Both the position numbers and the translations under genes were made by a program. DNA of 64,000 nucleotides from an uncultured delta proteobacterium (GTDB lineage Bacteria > Desulfobacterota > Desulfobacteria > Desulfobacterales > B30-G6): positions 928,001 through 992,000 of the forward strand of contig CAWGLD010000001.1 of assembly GCA_963823335.1 (NCBI GenBank), written 5' to 3'. Of the stretch, positions 63,325 to 64,000 are shown in pieces (within the stretch, counting starts at the first letter, position 1; every line of letters begins with the position of its first letter). Below the pieces are notes generated by a model. The model worked only from the letters and a program-made list of their open reading frames with translations. It was not told the DNA's origin and did no database searches.

Positions 63325-64000
63325 ATGAAATATATTGCCGACCTTCATGTGCATTCAAAATACTCCAGAGCCACTGCTAAAAATCTTGATCTGGAAAACC
63401 TCTATATAGCCGGTCAATTAAAAGGAATTACAGTACTGGGCACCGGCGATGTCACCCATCCTGCCTGGTTTAGGGAAATAAAAGAAAAATTAGTTCCGGC
63501 CGAAGCGGGGTTGTTCAAACTCAAAAAAGACATCACCCGGGCCTGCAGGGATCACATACCTGAAAGCTGTCGGGGTCCCGTTCGATTTGTCCTGGTTTCA
63601 GAAATAAGCAATATTTATAAAAAACGTGAAAAAACACGGAAAAATCATAATCTTGTATTTTTTCCGGATATTGAATCTGTTGAAAAATTTAATAAGGTGC
63701 TTGATAAGATTGGGAACATCAAATCAGATGGCAGACCGATACTGGGTTTGGACGCCAGAGATCTTCTGGAAATATCCCTGGAAATGTCGCCGGACGGTTT
63801 CCTGGTGCCGGCTCATATATGGACACCCTGGTTTTCCATGCTGGGATCGAAATCAGGATTTGATTCGATTCAGGACTGTTTTGAGGATCTGACACCCTAT
63901 ATTTTTGCGGTGGAAACCGGATTGTCTTCGGATCCCGAAATGAACTGGCGCGTTAAAAATTTGGATGGATTAACCCTTATATCCAATTCAGATGCACATT
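63325..64000 (+). CDS. PHP-domain endonuclease Q-like protein (often fused to UvrD helicase), partial; not in ORF track
   Basis: Manual translation MKYIADLHVHSKYSRATAKNLDLENL...GTGDVTHPAW...SEIS...HNL...DGRPILG...PAHIWTPWFS...ETGLSSDPEMNW...SNSDAH, open to the window end. Confidence 0.9.
   Translation, partial: MKYIADLHVHSKYSRATAKNLDLENLYIAGQLKGITVLGTGDVTHPAWFREIKEKLVPAEAGLFKLKKDITRACRDHIPESCRGPVRFVLVSEISNIYKKREKTRKNHNLVFFPDIESVEKFNKVLDKIGNIKSDGRPILGLDARDLLEISLEMSPDGFLVPAHIWTPWFSMLGSKSGFDSIQDCFEDLTPYIFAVETGLSSDPEMNWRVKNLDGLTLISNSDAH

Noticed and set aside
63626-63892. 88-aa ORF listed in the track
   Set aside because: It is an out-of-frame ORF inside the EndoQ-like gene that starts at 63325.

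Overview
This is a chromosomal window from what looks like an anaerobic sulfate-reducing deltaproteobacterium (Desulfobacterales-like). That assignment is inferred from gene content only. 1-16 kb is a mosaic of small accessory and stress genes (GNATs, pirin, OsmC hydrolase, RsgA, rubrerythrin, ferredoxin) with three gene remnants. 16.6-31.7 kb is the most interesting block: a sigma-54-type operon metF'-hdrA/L-mvhD-metV-metF-REC-hdrD-like-aroE-like. Three of its genes are split in the ORF track only by in-frame UGA codons at Cys positions, each followed by a SECIS-like hairpin, so three selenoproteins are predicted. The operon is flanked by two sensor kinases and a divergent NtrC-type activator with candidate enhancer sites. 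32-43 kb holds a BMP-family ABC transporter, an orphan oadG/oadB pair and an RdgC-like pair. 43.5-64 kb is a rearranged replication-origin region: two parS sites, mnmE-jag-yidC-yidD-rnpA-rpmH, rng, a radical SAM gene, degP-like protease, asnS, thyA, an unusual FabH-like gene and gyrB-dnaN. It ends in a candidate oriC (DnaA boxes plus DnaA-trios) with no adjacent dnaA. No rRNA, tRNA, CRISPR array or transposase was recognised. All calls come from reading motifs by eye; no searches were run.
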